Shown here one piece after another: positions 13,058 to 26,149 of a stretch of 64,000 bases of DNA. The notes under the pieces are model-generated. The model saw only the letters and a list, made by a program, of their open reading frames with translations. It was not told where the DNA came from and did no database searches. Within the stretch, counting starts at the first letter, position 1; the number at the start of each line of letters is the position of its first letter. Made by a program: the position numbers and the translations under genes. Source of the DNA: Vicugna vicugna (taxonomy: Eukaryota); the NCBI GenBank assembly GCA_013265495.1, contig MU058009.1, positions 498,001 to 562,000 on the forward strand, read 5' to 3'.

Positions 13058-13665
13058 ATTAAGATCATATCTCATGAAGGGCAAAACAAAGGCCTAAGAT
13101 AGAGAGACTCTTCTGAACATGCCGTGAGCCTACACTAGGCTGCCAAACTCAGCTCATCAGTGTAGAAAGCCAGGCTGTGAGGTTTAATTCCAGAAGCCTT
13201 TTGAAGGCTTTTCCTCTCTTCATTTCATTACTTTTTACCTACAAAGTAAAACAAACACTCAAAATCACTAATCTAGATCATGGGATGGGGGGGTTCCAAT
13301 TTAGGAATATTCCAACTTAGAATCAAATTTAGTTGGAATTTTACTGAGTGCGAGCTCAGGTCCTGAGTAGAAACTTCAGAGCTGGAAAGGTCATGAGCGA
13401 TCACTTGGTGCAACCTTCTCATTTTCACATCTGTAGAAGGAAACTGAAGGTTTAGACAGGTGACTCTGCCTGGCCCAGCATCCCGGGTTCTCCTTAAGGC
13501 TGATGCTTCAGCTGTGGGCCAGTTCCAAGGGAGGCACGGCTGCCCCCAGCCTGCTTCTCCAGTAGCAGCTCCAGTTGGTTCTTTACAGACTTACATTTTG
13601 TGGGTAATGAGTAATGATGAACTCGAGTAATCTAGTTCTTGTGTGAGGTTTCTGGTGGCTGCCAC

Positions 13666-14281
13666 TGAGGTTGGAAGCCCCAGAAAAAGACTGGCAGGAC
13701 CCCCAGGCAGGGCCCCTACTCTCCTGCCAGCACCATCCAGTTCCCTGACCCAGAGGCTCTATCTCACTTTTTGCCTCTGAAAGAGCTTACTTACCCCTAA
13801 AATTCTATTGGTTCCCTGAGCTCACTCCTGATTGGTTATTTCCTTCACTCCTGATTGGTTACTTCCTTCACTCCTGATTGGTTACTTCCTTCACTCCTGA
13901 TTGGTCCATTTCCCTAACTCCTGATTGGTCCATTTGTAGTACTTCATTTGCATGGAGCTCACTCCCGAATGGTTATTTCTCTCCCTCCTGATTGGTCCAT
14001 TTCTACAAAGCTTGTTCTTAATTAGTCCACTTCTGTTATGCCTTATTTGCATATGATGTTGCAAAGCGTAAACTGGCAGCGTATAATAATAGCCTGTATA
14101 AACCTACAGACAGGGTCCAAAGCTTGGAGTGTTAACTCCTCTGGGCTCGCTGGCATACTAAACCTGAGTTCTCCAACTCTCTAAGTGCTGCTTGGTCTCT
14201 CGCCTGGATCCAGGTTGCTGTCACAACTGAGCTGTAACACCAAGCTGTAACACTGAGCTATAACACATTTTTTCTGCAACA
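13666..14281 (+). mobile_element. Solo LTR, ERV1-like (TG...CA, 616 bp)
   Basis: Begins TGAGG and ends CAACA. Flanks ccac/ccat fit a 4-bp TSD with one mismatch. Contains tandem CCAAT units, ATTTGCAT at 13946 and 14045, a TATA-like 'tataaa' at 14097, and 'gctgtaacac' repeats near the 3' end. Confidence 0.8.
13824..13935. repeat. About 5 copies of a 23-24 bp tandem repeat (actcctgattggttacttccttc) inside the LTR
   Basis: Units start at 13824, 13847, 13870, 13893 and 13917; more degenerate copies follow to about 14030. Confidence 0.95.
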
Positions 14282-16184
14282 CCATGACTTCTGAGGGCAG
14301 CACATACTCATTTTTGTGCCCTCCACTAATTTCCTAAGCTGAGGGACGTACGTCAAAGTTGGGGTGACGTTTCTGGAGAATGGGATGATAGAAGCACTGG
14401 GGTGTCTGCTCCTCCCCCCAGTCTCACTGTGCCTCTGCGAGTCGGTGATCTCTCACTCGGGATGTGATTATGCAGCTTACAGGGGCGGCAAGACTTGGCT
14501 GGTGCGACTCATCTCTTCAAGTCGTGTACGTGTGTGTTATGCATTCTCAGAAATACGAGGTTAGCGCATTATGATATACGTGCGGAAGACAGACCCACGG
14601 CGTAACAGTGGAAGGACACACGACTTGAGTGAGATGAATGATACTGAAGCCAAATAAATATTTGTCGTTCATTTGCTTATAATGCTGTTTTCCCTACCCT
14701 GCACGCATCCAGCTGAGCCTCAAAACTGTCTCTGGATGCTGAGGACAGCCAGTGAATCACAAGTAAGCAAATAAACATGATTTAGTAGGAGAAGAGAAGA
14801 CTTTGCCACACCACACAACTTCCTTCTTTATTTATTTTGACAATTTGGCGTCTAATATTTACAACGGTGCTTTAGACTATCCAAGTAGTTTTGAGTGTAA
14901 GGAGTGAAGACCTTGTAAACTCCGTTGCTTATTCTCTGACAGGCCTCTGGCAGGCTCACGGGGTAGAGGGCAAACAGCAGATTTTAGCTCACTAGTTAAA
15001 TGACTGTATTTTTGCATAAATGTTCTTCACCATCATCAATAACTCACAACGTATGTTAGGTACGTTTGCGCAGAGCACTAAAACGGTACGTTCCCTTCCT
15101 CCTGGAAGTTTGAAATCTAAGAAAGGGTTTGCAAATACCTAGAAAGGGTACTTCCGTTCTTCATGCCTGTGCCCATGGCAGACATCACTAGTCAAGCACA
15201 GAGTTCTTTTTCAGCCTCTTTTCCTACGTTGTATGCCAAGCAGCCACTACCAATCAATAGCACTGTGTGCAACCCTGATCGATGTACATTAGAGAGAGTG
15301 GAGAGTTGGATCAGCAAGATGTTCCTGTGACACTGGGTCGGGGGAAGGAGTGTATTGCTGCAGACCAAGGGAAATAAAATTTTATACCATCAGCTTGGGT
15401 TTCCACTCCTTCCAAGTCCTAAATAACTGTGTAATCTGTAGAATGGAGGAATGGGGGTTTTGGGGGTTTCTGTACGTCTGCCGTCTCAGTGCCATGGGTG
15501 GGAGAGAGCACTGTGGGAGATGGAGCCCTTAGGAACGGCTTTGCCTCCAAGATGGGAGAATGCCAGCCCTTTGCTTAAACACTGATCACAGCCCCGGACC
15601 CTCCTCATGCCCTCCCTTTTGTAGTTCCAGTCAAGTAATTAAAATCACTTCTCTTAAACTAGTGTGGTTGGCTCAATAAGCCAAGGGCAAGTTTATGGAT
15701 CTGGAGGATGGAAACGACTTTAAACCTCGGCAGTGCTGGCCGCGGAGAGGAATAGCAATTAGAATAATTGATAACCAGGTCCTTGATGTTGAGCCACCAC
15801 CCATGGCTTCTGCATGCGGGCTCGAGCCTGCTTCCCTGGCTGGGGGAGATAACAAAGCTGGGCTGGGCCACTCCGGCAGCAGTGGCCAAGTCCTGCTTCA
15901 GTGTAGGGAGGCCCGTGGTGCAGAAGCCTTTTGAACTCTCACAGTCAGCTGTGGTCTGGAAGAGAAGCTCTCTTCCTGATGAGGCGCTAAATCAGAGCAC
16001 ACGGTTTTCTGAGCAGATGTGGAGAAGGGTGAGGGTGTAAGGATTCCAGAGGGGACAGGCAGGAGCTGCGTGGGACTGGCTCAGCTGGCAACGGCAAGCG
16101 TGAGCCATAGCTGTTGATTTCTAGAGATGTGCCCTAGACTCTGGCTTGTCCCCCTGCCTTGATCAGTGACAATACCACAGCCAC

Positions 16185-16420
16185 CACTAGCTGTCATTCA
16201 CTGCACAGTTACTGCATGCTGGACATGATGCTGCGTTTATGATCACATCATCTATTCCATCAGTTAATTCTATTGTTTAATCATCATATCAGTGCCACGG
16301 AGTGCTTCTCATTCTCTCTACTGTAGAGATGAAAACTCAGAGAGAGCAAACCCCCTCGCTACAGTCAAACGGACAGGAGGTGGCGAGGTTAGAAATCTGA
16401 CCCCCAAAACTCATTCCCCT
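16185..16420 (-). mobile_element. MIR SINE, degraded
   Basis: 'tagctgtcattcactgcacagttact...gtagagatgaaaactcagagaga...gttagaaatctgacccc'. Confidence 0.55.
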
Positions 16421-17299
16421 AACTCTCCCGCTTTATTGCCTTGGCACGGTCTGAGTTGCTCTCCCACAACTGACTCTGCCCATAAAATGTCTTTTTTTAT
16501 CACTAGAAGATGTGTCTGTAGATCCCAAGAGACCTATTGATTAGACAGAGGTAAGTGCACAGCATTAGGACCATGCTTTCACATCACTGCACCGAGGAAT
16601 TGAAGGTAGAGGGAAATCACTCCGAGTGCAAAGCTCCTCACTTCACCATGCAATTTAAGCCACTGCATCTGGATTTGGGGTCCAGTTAAAGAAAGTTTCC
16701 TGTGGAGAGATCCTACTGGTGCTCATTTTTCTCCTGGGGGTCAGGGCCATGGCCCTTTTTTCTCAAAAGGGAAATTTAGATCCTTTTCTTCCTGCCCACA
16801 GCTCCCTAGTCTTCCTGATCTTTCTTGGCTATTTCTCAGAATATGTCCTTGGATGTCACTGAGACCTCTGCTCTCTGGCCTCTTTCTTCCTCCCTGTCCC
16901 TCAGACCCGTGCAAATCCTCGCTCTTCCCGACGCAGCTCAGACCCCGCGGGCTACCACGTCCCCCACTGCACTTACCCTTTGTCCTCACATCTGACTTTC
17001 CCTGAACACCCCAACCTCAGATCACTTCATGGTCTACCTCCCCTGTGCCTAGTTCTGGGATGCTGGGAGTTGCTAGACCAAATTACCCTGACACTCAGAC
17101 TGGCCCCCCTGGTGTGTGTGACCTCCAGCCTCAATTGGCCCCCTGCACTGTGTCCCACGCGCTGTGCCCCTGTGTCCGAGCTGTCGGCCCCTCCCCACAA
17201 AGGCTGAATCCCACCTTCCCCGTGCTTCCTAAACTCCACTGCTACCTTCCCTGGCTTCTACGGGGAGCAGATGCTCCGTCCTGACTCCTCAGAGAAAAT

Positions 17300-18660
17300 A
17301 AAGCCAACAGATCAGCGTTTTCTCAAGTCCTGTCTCCAAATCCATCATCTCGACTTTATCTGTACTCAGCCTCCCCACCTCTCCTCTCACGACACAGGAA
17401 AAGCGCAGCACTGCCCACAGAAGGCTGGCGACTCCCTCTGTGCCCTGGATCCCCTACTCTCCCGCTTTTGGGGACGCTGTCCTGTTAGTGTTGCCCTCTC
17501 TCCTTCTTCCCAGTAGGATTAAAAGATGTGCCAGTCTCTTTCATCGTAAAAACAAAAGCAACTCTGTCTTTACCCCACATTCCTCTGCGTCTACGCCCCG
17601 GCTTTCTCCCCTCTGCTTACCGCCAGCCTTCTTGAAGGAGGTGTGCATTCACCGTACCTGTTTCTCACCCCTGTTGCTTCCTCATCCCACAGCGTTCTGG
17701 CGTCCGTGTCCACCTGCCTCTTGAACGTCTTTCTCTGAGGTTTAACAACCTCGTTGCTCTGAATTTCAGTGACCACGGGTCACTATGTATGTCACCGGTC
17801 ACGTTTCTGTCCTTGAAGCAGTCTTGCCTTGGCCTCTGTGCCAGCACTCTGTCCTGGTTTCCTTCCTGCTTTTCCGGGTATTTCTTCCCAGGCTGCCTTG
17901 TCGACCTCTTTTTTTTTTTTTTTTTTTTCTTTCCTTTTTGTCCTTTTTTTTTTTTTTTTTTTTGCCTCTTTCTTTAATGTTGGTATTCCTTGGGAATTCT
18001 GCCCAGATTCCTTTCACAAACCTGGAGCAGATTTCTCTCCTGGGCTCCAGCCCCACGTAACCAAATATTTCCTGGACATCTCTACTTAAAGGCCCCAGAA
18101 CCAGTGCCAGCTCAGTATGTCCAAAATGGAACTCATTGGCTTTGCTCCCAAACCCTCTCCTCCCCACGGGATCCCAGTCACTGTGAGGCTCTTCCGTCCA
18201 CCCCACTGGTTCAAACCAGAAATGGGAGCACCAGTCGTCATGGCTTCTCCCTGCCCCTCCGCCCATGACCAGCCCATCACTAAGCTCTCCTCATCTCGCT
18301 CCTCAGCACCGCTCACCGCTCTGTCCCGGCACTCGGCACAGCGCCCTGTCCACAGCAGGCACTCCATAAGCAGTGGCTTTGCCTCTGGGAGGCGAGACAC
18401 CTCCTGACTCTGGGCGCTCTGCTCCTCCCACACTTTCCTAGTTCAGGCCACAGTCATCTCCCACCTGGCTGAATCTTCCTGCCTGGGTTTCCTGACCCTC
18501 ACATCCTGACCCTCACCCACTCTCCTCACTGCAAAGACAGTGCCTTTCAAAACACAAATCAGGTCTCACGCTCCTGTTTACATCCTGCAGAGAGCTCTCT
18601 CCCAGCACCTAGCACAGGCCCCAGCACGTGTCAGGCACTCCAGAAGTATCTGTTCAGCCT
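17300..18660 (+). mobile_element. L2 LINE (ORF2 remnant and 3' region), degraded
   Basis: L2 motifs 'cactctgtcctggtttccttcctgc', 'ctctcctgggctccag...cctggacatctctactt...ctcagtatgtccaaaatggaactc', and terminal 'cccagcacctagcacagg'. Confidence 0.75.
17909..17963. repeat. Interrupted poly-T tract
   Basis: Two runs of about 20 T separated by 'ctttcctttttgtcc'. Confidence 0.95.
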
Positions 18661-20264
18661 AAGAAACGATTGGGATCTAAAACAAAGAGGATTTCCAGGC
18701 ACGCAGGCAGTCTAATGCCCGTTAATTTTATGTCATTATTATATTTGCCCATTTGCAATAAGGACCATATGTGGCTCCACACACCAGCCCCACAGTCTGC
18801 ACTCCAGCTCCTGTTTCCTCCCTCCTAGAAACTGGCCCCAGAGTGGCCGTCATTTCGAGGCAAGGCCATGTGGGCTTTGAAAGAAGGGGAAGGAGAAGGA
18901 TCAGCTTGGCTCTGTTAAAATCCCTGTCTCTCCAAGCAAACAGGGCTGCTCCCCTGCTCGCCTGCACTCCCGCCACTGCAGGACCGCCTGGACGCCTCCA
19001 TGCACGCTGCCCCGTCCCAGGGACCCCCCCCCCCGTTTCCCCGCCCCTCCTGGTTGGCTTCCCTGGAGGTTGAGAAGTTGAGAATGGAAGTTGTTATTAG
19101 CATAATTCACTTCCCAACACCTGGACGTTCAATGTGACTCTGTGGTGTGTGTGTGTGTGTGTGGTGGCAGAGGAGACAGGGAAGGAGTAAGAAATCTCCC
19201 TGGGAGCCGTGCTCTGAGGGCAAAGGGCAAGGGTGTGTGTGCCCTTGAAACGGGCTGTCCTGGGGAGAGCCCTGCTCATATTCCCAGCGCTCTCCTTCTG
19301 CAGGGAAAAGGGTGAGGGTTTACAGGATCTTGGAAGCCCTTGCAAAGGTTTGGCCATTGCCCCTCTGCCATCCTCCACCTGCCACACACCATCACCATCC
19401 ACTTGTCACTGGAAGGCTCTCCTGTCCTTTCTCTGGGCTCTCGATGCCCTGGGATCCAGCCCATGTGCACACGTCCTGACAGGTGAGAGGGGCCGGGTCC
19501 CCGTGCGGCAGCAGGCCACTGCTTTCCTCCACTGACGGAAGGCTGACAACGAGGAAGGGATGGAGCAGAGCAGGAAAATGCAGTGGCTGCCCTGTAACAC
19601 AGGCATGGAGTCACGGAGGCTGCCTGAGGCCCATGGGGGGATTTACGGATTAAATGGAGGGGGCTGTCAGGCCTGAGCAGAGCTCAGAAGGAGGGCTGAG
19701 CTGGGGAGCAGATGTCAGCGGCTGGGAGCTTGCCCGGCCTGCCCTCTCCTCCTTGGCATGGTGTCTTCCTGCCGTCAGTGACCGCCAGTTCCCAGCTCCA
19801 TCCTCCCATGACCATCTGGGACTCAGCACTAAAACCCGCCCAGCTGCCCCTCCCGCCCGCCCAGCCCCTCCACTGCTCCTTGACCCCAGGCGGTGGCAGT
19901 GCCCCAGCAGCTCCCCACCTGCAGGTGCCTGTCTTCTCCAACCCGCTTCTGCCGCGTGCGTTCCCAGGCACTCACTCCTCTTTGTAGCTGCAACAGTGAG
20001 GGAACAGGCTGAGGCCGACAGAAACCAGACACATCTGGATCTGGGACACCCATGTCCAGAAGCACAATCTGTCCTATGCGTGGCAGGCAGAGGGCTGAGA
20101 CATCCTGCTTCTCTTCCCCAGTGTCCTTTTTACAACCCCCACCTTGCATGCCCCTCCCCTTCCTCGTGTCCTCACTCCCTGCCCGCACGTCACATCACAT
20201 CACATCAGGCCCCAGAGTGGAGGAGACACTGGGCAACAGCAGCAGTAAAGATGGACGGGAGCCT

Positions 20265-20460
20265 GGCACACCTGGGTTTGAAATCTGATCAACCACCTGC
20301 TCGTTGTGCCACCTCAGCTAGGAATCAGACTCGTCTTCTGTAAGATGGGAAGATGAATACAGAACTAGCGGGTTGTAGAATGAAAGTCAACATGAAGCAC
20401 TCCTAACAGAGAACCCAGTATCATTACTGAGCCTGCTGGGCTACTCAGAGTATTATATTG
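20265..20460 (+). mobile_element. MIR SINE, degraded
   Basis: 'cctgggtttgaaatctga...tctgtaagatgggaagatgaata...gggttgtagaatgaaa'. Confidence 0.6.
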
Positions 20461-21969
20461 TCATCTGATGACCCACGCATCTCTCTGGGGAGCCACCCTA
20501 AACTCCTGCATGTGCCTACCTCCCCAGCTTCTGTCCGGGTAGCTCCGTGTCTATGGGACAGTTGAGAGACTCTGAGTCCCCTGTACAGTCAGGGGCTACT
20601 CCCCACTGAACTCACATCTCCACCTGCCCTCTTTGCCTCTGCAAAAAGCCCTCCCTGCTTCAGTGACTCACCACCAGAATTCTTTCTGGGAGTGACGGAA
20701 GCCACCTGGCACCGGCCTGAAAGGAACGGCGACATCTCCAGTGAGAATTTTTTTCTCACTCTGTGGTTGGGATGCTGGGCACAGCCAAGCACTGTGGAAA
20801 CCTCTGATGTTCAGGTGGCTTCTGAATGCTAAAGAGGGTGGGAAAAAAAGGAAAGCCGAAGGAGAAAGACGTCTCAGTCAGAAGTTTTTCTAATCGCTCT
20901 GGATTTCCCCCCGTTTTCGTGGATTTGAGAGAGGCTGTAGGAAACGGAAGGGACAAAAATCAAAAGCAGATCATTCCCCGGAGCTGCTCGCGCCTTCCCC
21001 CCTGAGGCGTGACAGGGCTCTCTGCCTGCGCCATCTGCGTGCTCGAGGCTAAGGGATGAGGCAGGCAAAATACTGACAGTTGTGCTGAGAGTATAGGTTA
21101 CTTGGCTTGTGAAAGGCAGAATCAATTAAAACAGAGCTTTCCGCTCCCCAGGTAAATTAACTTCTGGGGAAAAAAAATCTGCTTTTCCAGCCTCAGTGTC
21201 CAGAATGTACGAAAGACAGATGAGATGAGGTCACACAAATTACTCAAAGGACAGCTGCTTACTGAAGCTCATGGCACGTACGTGTGCACATGTGTGCCCA
21301 CATGTACACACACACACGGTGTACTTGGGACACAGTGGCTACTCAACAAATACTGATTGGATTTATGACTTCATGTACACACACTCATATACTTATATGT
21401 GCTCGTCAGTTATATACACCATTCTCGATCTGTCCCTACTTAGCAATGTCACACATGAGATCTGCCAGACTTCTGTGAGATTCTACTAGGCTTATATTTT
21501 TCTTTCTCCCTTTATCATAAAAATAAGCATCATTGAATAAATGAAAAATGAAGGTTCCCCCATCCACTCTTCCTTTGGACTATTTTATGGGAAAATGTAG
21601 ACATGACTTTTACTCCAACCACCTAACAACACAGTAGAAAAGAAACCCAGAATTTTAAGAGTTTTTCCTACCCACTCTTTGCCCTCTGACCCCTGACCCC
21701 CTAGCAACATCTGCAAAAGAGCCAGGCACAGGAGCTTACTCTGTCATCCACCTGGCACTTTCATATGTTCTCAGAATCTCCGAGTATCCATTCCTAGAAT
21801 GTGTGACCTTGGAGAGACTGTCATCCAGAGGAGGAATTCTGAGCAGTATCCTCTACTCCAACCTCTCAATTCACTTAAGCTTTGCCACCTTTGGGATCTG
21901 CAGTCTTGAATAGGTTGTGATGGACTCCTCCATTTGTAAGTGAGAATGTAGTTGAGGAGAAGAATAAAA

Positions 21970-23260
21970 CATGAATCAAGAATAAGAAAGAATAAAGCTT
22001 CCCCATGCTGGATGAGGGTTCAAAGATGGTGTCTCTCAAGGAGCTCAGAATCTGATGGGGGAACCAGACATGTGCACAGGTAAACACAAGGCACTGTGAA
22101 GAGTGCTACAGTAAAGGTGATTCCCCAGAGTCCGGGGAGGGAGAGTCACTCTTCATGGGGGCATCAGGGCCTGGAGGATGAGTAGGAGTTTTCCAGGTAT
22201 AGAAAAGTTGGGATGGATTCCATCAGAGGGAAGATTGGGAGCAAAGGCTCAGACAGAGGGATGTGCACAGAGCATTTAGAGACTAGAGGACGTGCGGCTA
22301 GTCATGGGGTAGGGAAGAGTGGCCAGAAATGAGGGCAGCAAGGTTGACTGGGCCTTGATTTCACTGGGACTTGAAATGCTTCTTATATCATCCTCTAGTC
22401 AATGAGAAGCTATCCCAGGACCATAGGTAGGAAATGCCTCAATCAGGTCCAGGTTTTGGAAAGACAACTCTGAAGTCAGTGTAGAGAATGGATTAGAGAA
22501 GGGAAACTGCAGACAGACATTGCTTCTGAAAGAGCTGGAAATGAGCTGGAAAGGGTGATGGCTGGAACCACAGCAATCACAATGGCAACAGGAGGAGAGG
22601 GAGGCTTGTGAGCTATTGCAGAAGCATAATTCCCAAACAGGGATTGAAAGGGTGAGATCCAGGCTGCCTCAAGCACCTCTCACCTACATGACTGGCTGGG
22701 AAATGCTATCCTTCAGTGGTAATAAGGAATAAAAGATAAGTAGAGTAGTCATTGTTTTTTTTTTTTAATATGATTTTGCTTTGTTTTGTCTTATTTGTTT
22801 GCTGGGAGAGGATGAAAGTAGAATAGGTGACTGAGGAGAGGAGGAAACGGAGTTTAGTTTTAAAAGAAATGGTTTTGTGCTGCTCACGAGCTCCACGGGT
22901 GGTGGGGTCTCACTGGTTCCTCTGAGTTTATGTAAAAGATTAAGGCCAAAATTTGAGCTTGGGAGTCGTGCGCTGATCCCTGATTGGCAAAACTATGAGA
23001 AGGAAAGAATAAAGTTAGCCAGAGAAAACAGAGAGAGGGAGAGGGAGGTATCCAGTTTGGACACACAGACCCCTTAGGAACTTTTAAGAATGTGGGCAGG
23101 GAACAGGGTTCAGAGAGTGGTTGTGACTGTGGTCAGAGAGGAGAAAAGGAACAGGAGAGGAAGTGATCTCATAGGGCAAAGGAGAAGAGAGCTTCACGGA
23201 GGTCAGTGTGGTCAGATCCCAGGGGCCAAATGAGGTGATGCAGCCCCAGTGTTGAGTCTT
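21970..23260 (-). mobile_element. L2 LINE, degraded
   Basis: 'ctctcaaggagctcagaatctgatgggg', 'ctggaggatgagtaggagttttccagg', 'tttggaaagacaactctg...cagtgtagagaatggattagag'; purine-rich antisense L2 composition. Confidence 0.7.
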
Positions 23261-24739
23261 AGCTTCTCCTCCCAAGTCTGAAAAGCATCTAATGACCTAA
23301 ATGGCCCCTGGGACAGGGAGTGAAGGGGAGCATGTATGGGCATGTGGGTGGCCATGGTGTGTTCAGGAAGAGATCAGAGGGTCGGGGTGAGGCAGGTACC
23401 CTGTGCATAGAAAAAAGGAGATCAGTTGCACACGTGACATCATCTGGAATGTAGAATTTTCCGACTTGTCCCAAAAGATGCAGAACCCAACCGAACAGAC
23501 AGAAAACAAAGAGACACAACAACAAAAGGGAAGTCAGAGAAGACAGAACAAAAGCACACAGAGCCTGTTCTGGCTGGAGCAGAACATGACCCAGATTTAC
23601 AGCCAGGAGACCCGGAGCCCCATCAGGGAAGTAGGCTGCGGAGTGAGTCAGCCAGGCCCAGAAACCAAAAACCCAGCCTGCCCGAGTCCCCTTGGGTACC
23701 AGAGTTCCTGGAGAATCTATTCATGGCTTCCAATTTCCCCCGCATCAGACTGCACATTTGCCTGAGAGCGATTCCACACTCAACATAACTCAGCCCAGAA
23801 AAATGCCCCTGTGTGCCTTCTTTTCAGCGCAGAATTTCAGCTTGGCTTAAGTAACACCACGCGACAGGCACAAAGATGTAAGCCGAGAGCTCGCAATTGC
23901 ATCAGAGGGCTGTGGGAGCCGCCCCACCCCCATCTCCCGGGCTCCCAACGAAACTGAAGGGAGGAGGCAGGAGGGGCGTGTAATTTGTTCATTTCTTACA
24001 TTTTATGGAACACTTCACTTTGCTTTCAGCATAATTATTGTTGTACTTTTTGCTGTTTCCCATTTACTGTGTTTTTAAAAACACACACACACACAAAAAC
24101 CCTTCACTCCCCCTGCACACTTTTCTTAATGCATTAAAATTAATAACTCGTAACAGTGACCTAATTTGCTTTGAGTACTGTAACTCAGGGTTTCTTTTTT
24201 TTTTCCCTCCCAGATCTGCAAAACCCTTGACGTGTTACTGTGGTAACAGGAGCAACTCGGTAAGTTCATGAATGAAGCCCATTGTGCCTCCAAAGCTTTC
24301 TCTCCCTCTTTCTTTGCAATGTTTGGGTCTCACTTGTGCCTGCTCAGCCCCGTGTGCACCGCATTATAACGGAGCTCCTCCCAAATGTCTCCAAACCCAT
24401 CCGTGGTGCCCATCACTTTTCGGCCTAACTCTAGAGTTTGGGGCAGGCTTTTCCGGACTTTTCCTAAGCTTTCCAGGGCTCGGTGGCAAGAGTTTCCCTT
24501 TCTCCCTCAAGGTTTCTCCAAGCTTAAAAGCTGTGTCTACGATCCATCCACTTTCTTGGTTCAAGCGTTCCGCCCTCCTGTGCCTGGAACTCATACCCAG
24601 GAAGGCTGTGGAGGACGCAGGGCGGGGCACTGGATCCCCTTCATTCCGCCGCCTCCACTCGGTTTACCATCTTCCTTCACAGCAGCCCCCTCATCGTCTT
24701 CACGCACTCAGCCCTGCTCCTCCAGTCCATCCCCTACCC

Positions 24740-25280
24740 AGTGCAGTCCAGAGGGGCTGACCGAACTGCCTAGCTGGTCATGCCATATCCCTGCGTAAAA
24801 GCCCCCAGCCGTCCTTGATCTCAGGGTTGTGACCCAAATCCTCCCCACATCTTCTTACAGAGCTCTTCATCACCTACAGACCGGGCATCCCCCTGGCCCC
24901 AGGGCCCCCACCCTCTTCTACCCGCACTCTTCCCAGCTGCACTGAACGACTCAACCAGACCATGCAGTCATTCCCCTCCGGGCTTCACATTCTATTCCCT
25001 CTTCCCAGTACCCTCCCCTCCTGATCGTCCATTCTCACGTGGACAAGAAGTCCTCACCTTCTCTCAGAAACCTTTGTGGAGTTGAACACCCCACCGCTGA
25101 GCGCTCTGCACTTACCCCAGCACAGACTTCTGCGTGTTATCCATGAGTGTCTGCTCCCCAGCTCATCAATACCCTCCTTGAGGGAAGGGCCCGCATCGTG
25201 GGTGCTGCTGTATCTCCAGCATTTACTGCAGTGCCTGGCGCATGGCATGTGCTAAAGTCAAGACTGAGTGAATGAGTGGA
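24740..25280 (+). mobile_element. L2 3' end
   Basis: 'tgtatctccagcatttactgcagtgcctggcgcatggcatgtgct...tgagtgaatgagt', with upstream 'ggcttcacattctattccctct'. Confidence 0.7.
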
Positions 25281-26149
25281 CAGACTTGACTCTCTTATAC
25301 CTGTCCCTTCTTCCTCCCTTCCTCCCTCCCTCTCATCTTTTTCCTTCCCTCTGTGCTTTGCAGTCAATCACTCCGCAAGCATCCGCTACTGGTCATGGAA
25401 AGAGAAGAAGGATACAGCAGAGACCCTCTCTATCTTCTGGGAGCCCAGGTGTTGTGGGCTCCATGCTTGGGACAATCTTACAATACTTCTCTTTTGACCA
25501 CTCCCTAAGAAAACCCTCTAGGATGGCTGTCCTAGGAAACAAATTTATTTTACGTCCAAAACTGCTTTCTAGTAGCAAGTGTAAGAGTGAGGATCTGAGT
25601 AGTCTAGAGGTTTCCAAATAATTCAGATGTGGAACGGCAAGTCGTCTGCCTGTCCTCATTCTTCCTTACGGCATCCTCGGAAAGGCTGGCACCAGCTTCC
25701 AGACGGGAGCCACAAGGCAGGAAAGTTGGATTCAATCTCCTGATGGCAAAGGGGAAAGATGGTGACAAACACTGCAGAGCGGGGTGCTGTGTTCTCCCCT
25801 GGATGGGTGGGGACGAGGCCCCCATGTCCCAGGGAGAGTATAAGGATTTTATTTCCACGGCTGTCTGGAAATAAGGCTGCACCCTTACCCTCAGCACACA
25901 GCAAGGGAAGAAGAAAAAGAATAAGTATGTCTCAAGGAGGCTTCGTATTGATTTTAAAATCCTTGCTGACAAGAAAAAGATTTGAGTCCATCTCCATGTT
26001 GTGGCTGCAGCCTGGCGCTTCCCCTGCCTCTGTCTGACATCGCAGAGCAGATTCCTCAGGTAGCTCCCTGGCTGGCACTCTAATCCTGACTTTCCAACAG
26101 CCTCTCACTCGATTGTCCAGAATAGGAAAGAGTATGCGTGTAAGGGGTG

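Noticed and set aside
13824..14030. CRISPR-like array of 23-bp repeats
   Set aside because: The units are head-to-tail with no unique spacers, there are no cas genes, the context is mammalian, and the array lies inside an LTR.
17785..18266. Poly-Phe and poly-Lys ORFs
   Set aside because: Artefacts of the poly-T tract within L2.
19654..20343. Longest ORF (229 aa) as a gene
   Set aside because: Pro/Ala/Ser-rich translation of GC-rich DNA with no recognisable domain; it runs into a MIR.
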